A DNA stretch of 64,000 nt, taken from the NCBI RefSeq assembly GCF_963921235.1, contig NC_086097.1, positions 199,766,001-199,830,000 of the forward strand. The letters are read 5' to 3'. A program made the translations under genes and the position numbers. How positions within the stretch are numbered: the stretch's first letter is position 1; every line of letters starts with the position of its first letter. This document shows, in pieces, positions 63,395 to 64,000 of this stretch. The notes below the pieces were generated by a model. It was given only the letters and a program-made list of their open reading frames with translations, did not search any database and was not told the origin of the DNA. The DNA is from Mobula hypostoma (lineage: Eukaryota).

Positions 63395-64000
63395 TTCAGC
63401 ATTTGTGTTTCTAGGCAAACCTTGGCTAACATCACCAGTATCAAGTCTCTAATTATTCATTGTTAATTATGATGGACTGACCAAATTAATGCACACCCAA
63501 TCTGACTCCAAAGCAGTTATTCTTCAAGCTAAATAACAGCAAGAGACTGCCAAGTGGACAGAGGAAACTTTTAAGAACTATTCAAGCATGTTTGAAGAAG
63601 TCTTATCATTCCCATTGACACTTGGGAATCCCTAGACAAACTTGCTTTTTTTTAAAAAAAAAGGAATACTTAGGATGGCATTGTGAATCTCCTCTTTTGG
63701 GTGCAGTGGGTTTATTGCAAAAAAAATTATTTGCTTCATAGTATCCATTATTGACAAAAGTTTTCCATTCCAATTGTCCTTTAAATACTTTCAATACTGT
63801 TGCACTGCAATTGGAATTTCTGCTTGTCAAAAGTTCAGGCCTCTATATATTAGTCCAGTGCTGGTTACTATCATTTAACATCATTTTACAAAATATGCAG
63901 GTATTCCAATAAGTGTTTCAATTTATTTATACAAACATGAAAACACAGTTAGAAAATGTTAGCTGAGGATATGTGAAAAGTTAAAGGACAATGTTTCAGT

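Noticed and set aside
1..64000. CRISPR arrays, tRNA/rRNA genes or prokaryotic operons
   Set aside because: None seen; recurrent short repeats are dispersed retroelement tails, not regularly spaced arrays

Overview
Eukaryotic (vertebrate) genomic DNA. The repeat mix (CR1, Rex1/Babar, Penelope-like, V-SINE-like) suggests a cartilaginous fish such as a ray or shark; this is inference. The only host gene is an EFR3 family member, best matching EFR3A, on the + strand. Five consecutive coding exons are present (16191-16267, 25798-25925, 40481-40631, 52095-52216, 62246-62395), all with AG/GT boundaries and a continuous reading frame; the first coding exon and the 3' exons were not found in the window. 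The ~10-15 kb introns are packed with mostly decayed transposons: many CR1 LINEs (one nearly full length), Rex1/Babar, RTE, Penelope-like fragments carrying degenerate minimal hammerhead ribozymes, a Tc1 element, a pogo/Tigger-like element and V-SINE-like elements. A complete but inactivated CsRn1-type Ty3/Gypsy element (33828-38185) has LTRs, a 4-bp TSD, a tRNA-Trp PBS and a -1 frameshift signal. Two short GC-rich insertions have clear TSDs: an RTE-tailed element, and a Hero-like 3' end with a highly structured RNA. I found no convincing wholly novel protein-coding system; the most interesting signals are RNA-level elements in the retrotransposons. Boundaries of decayed repeats are approximate.
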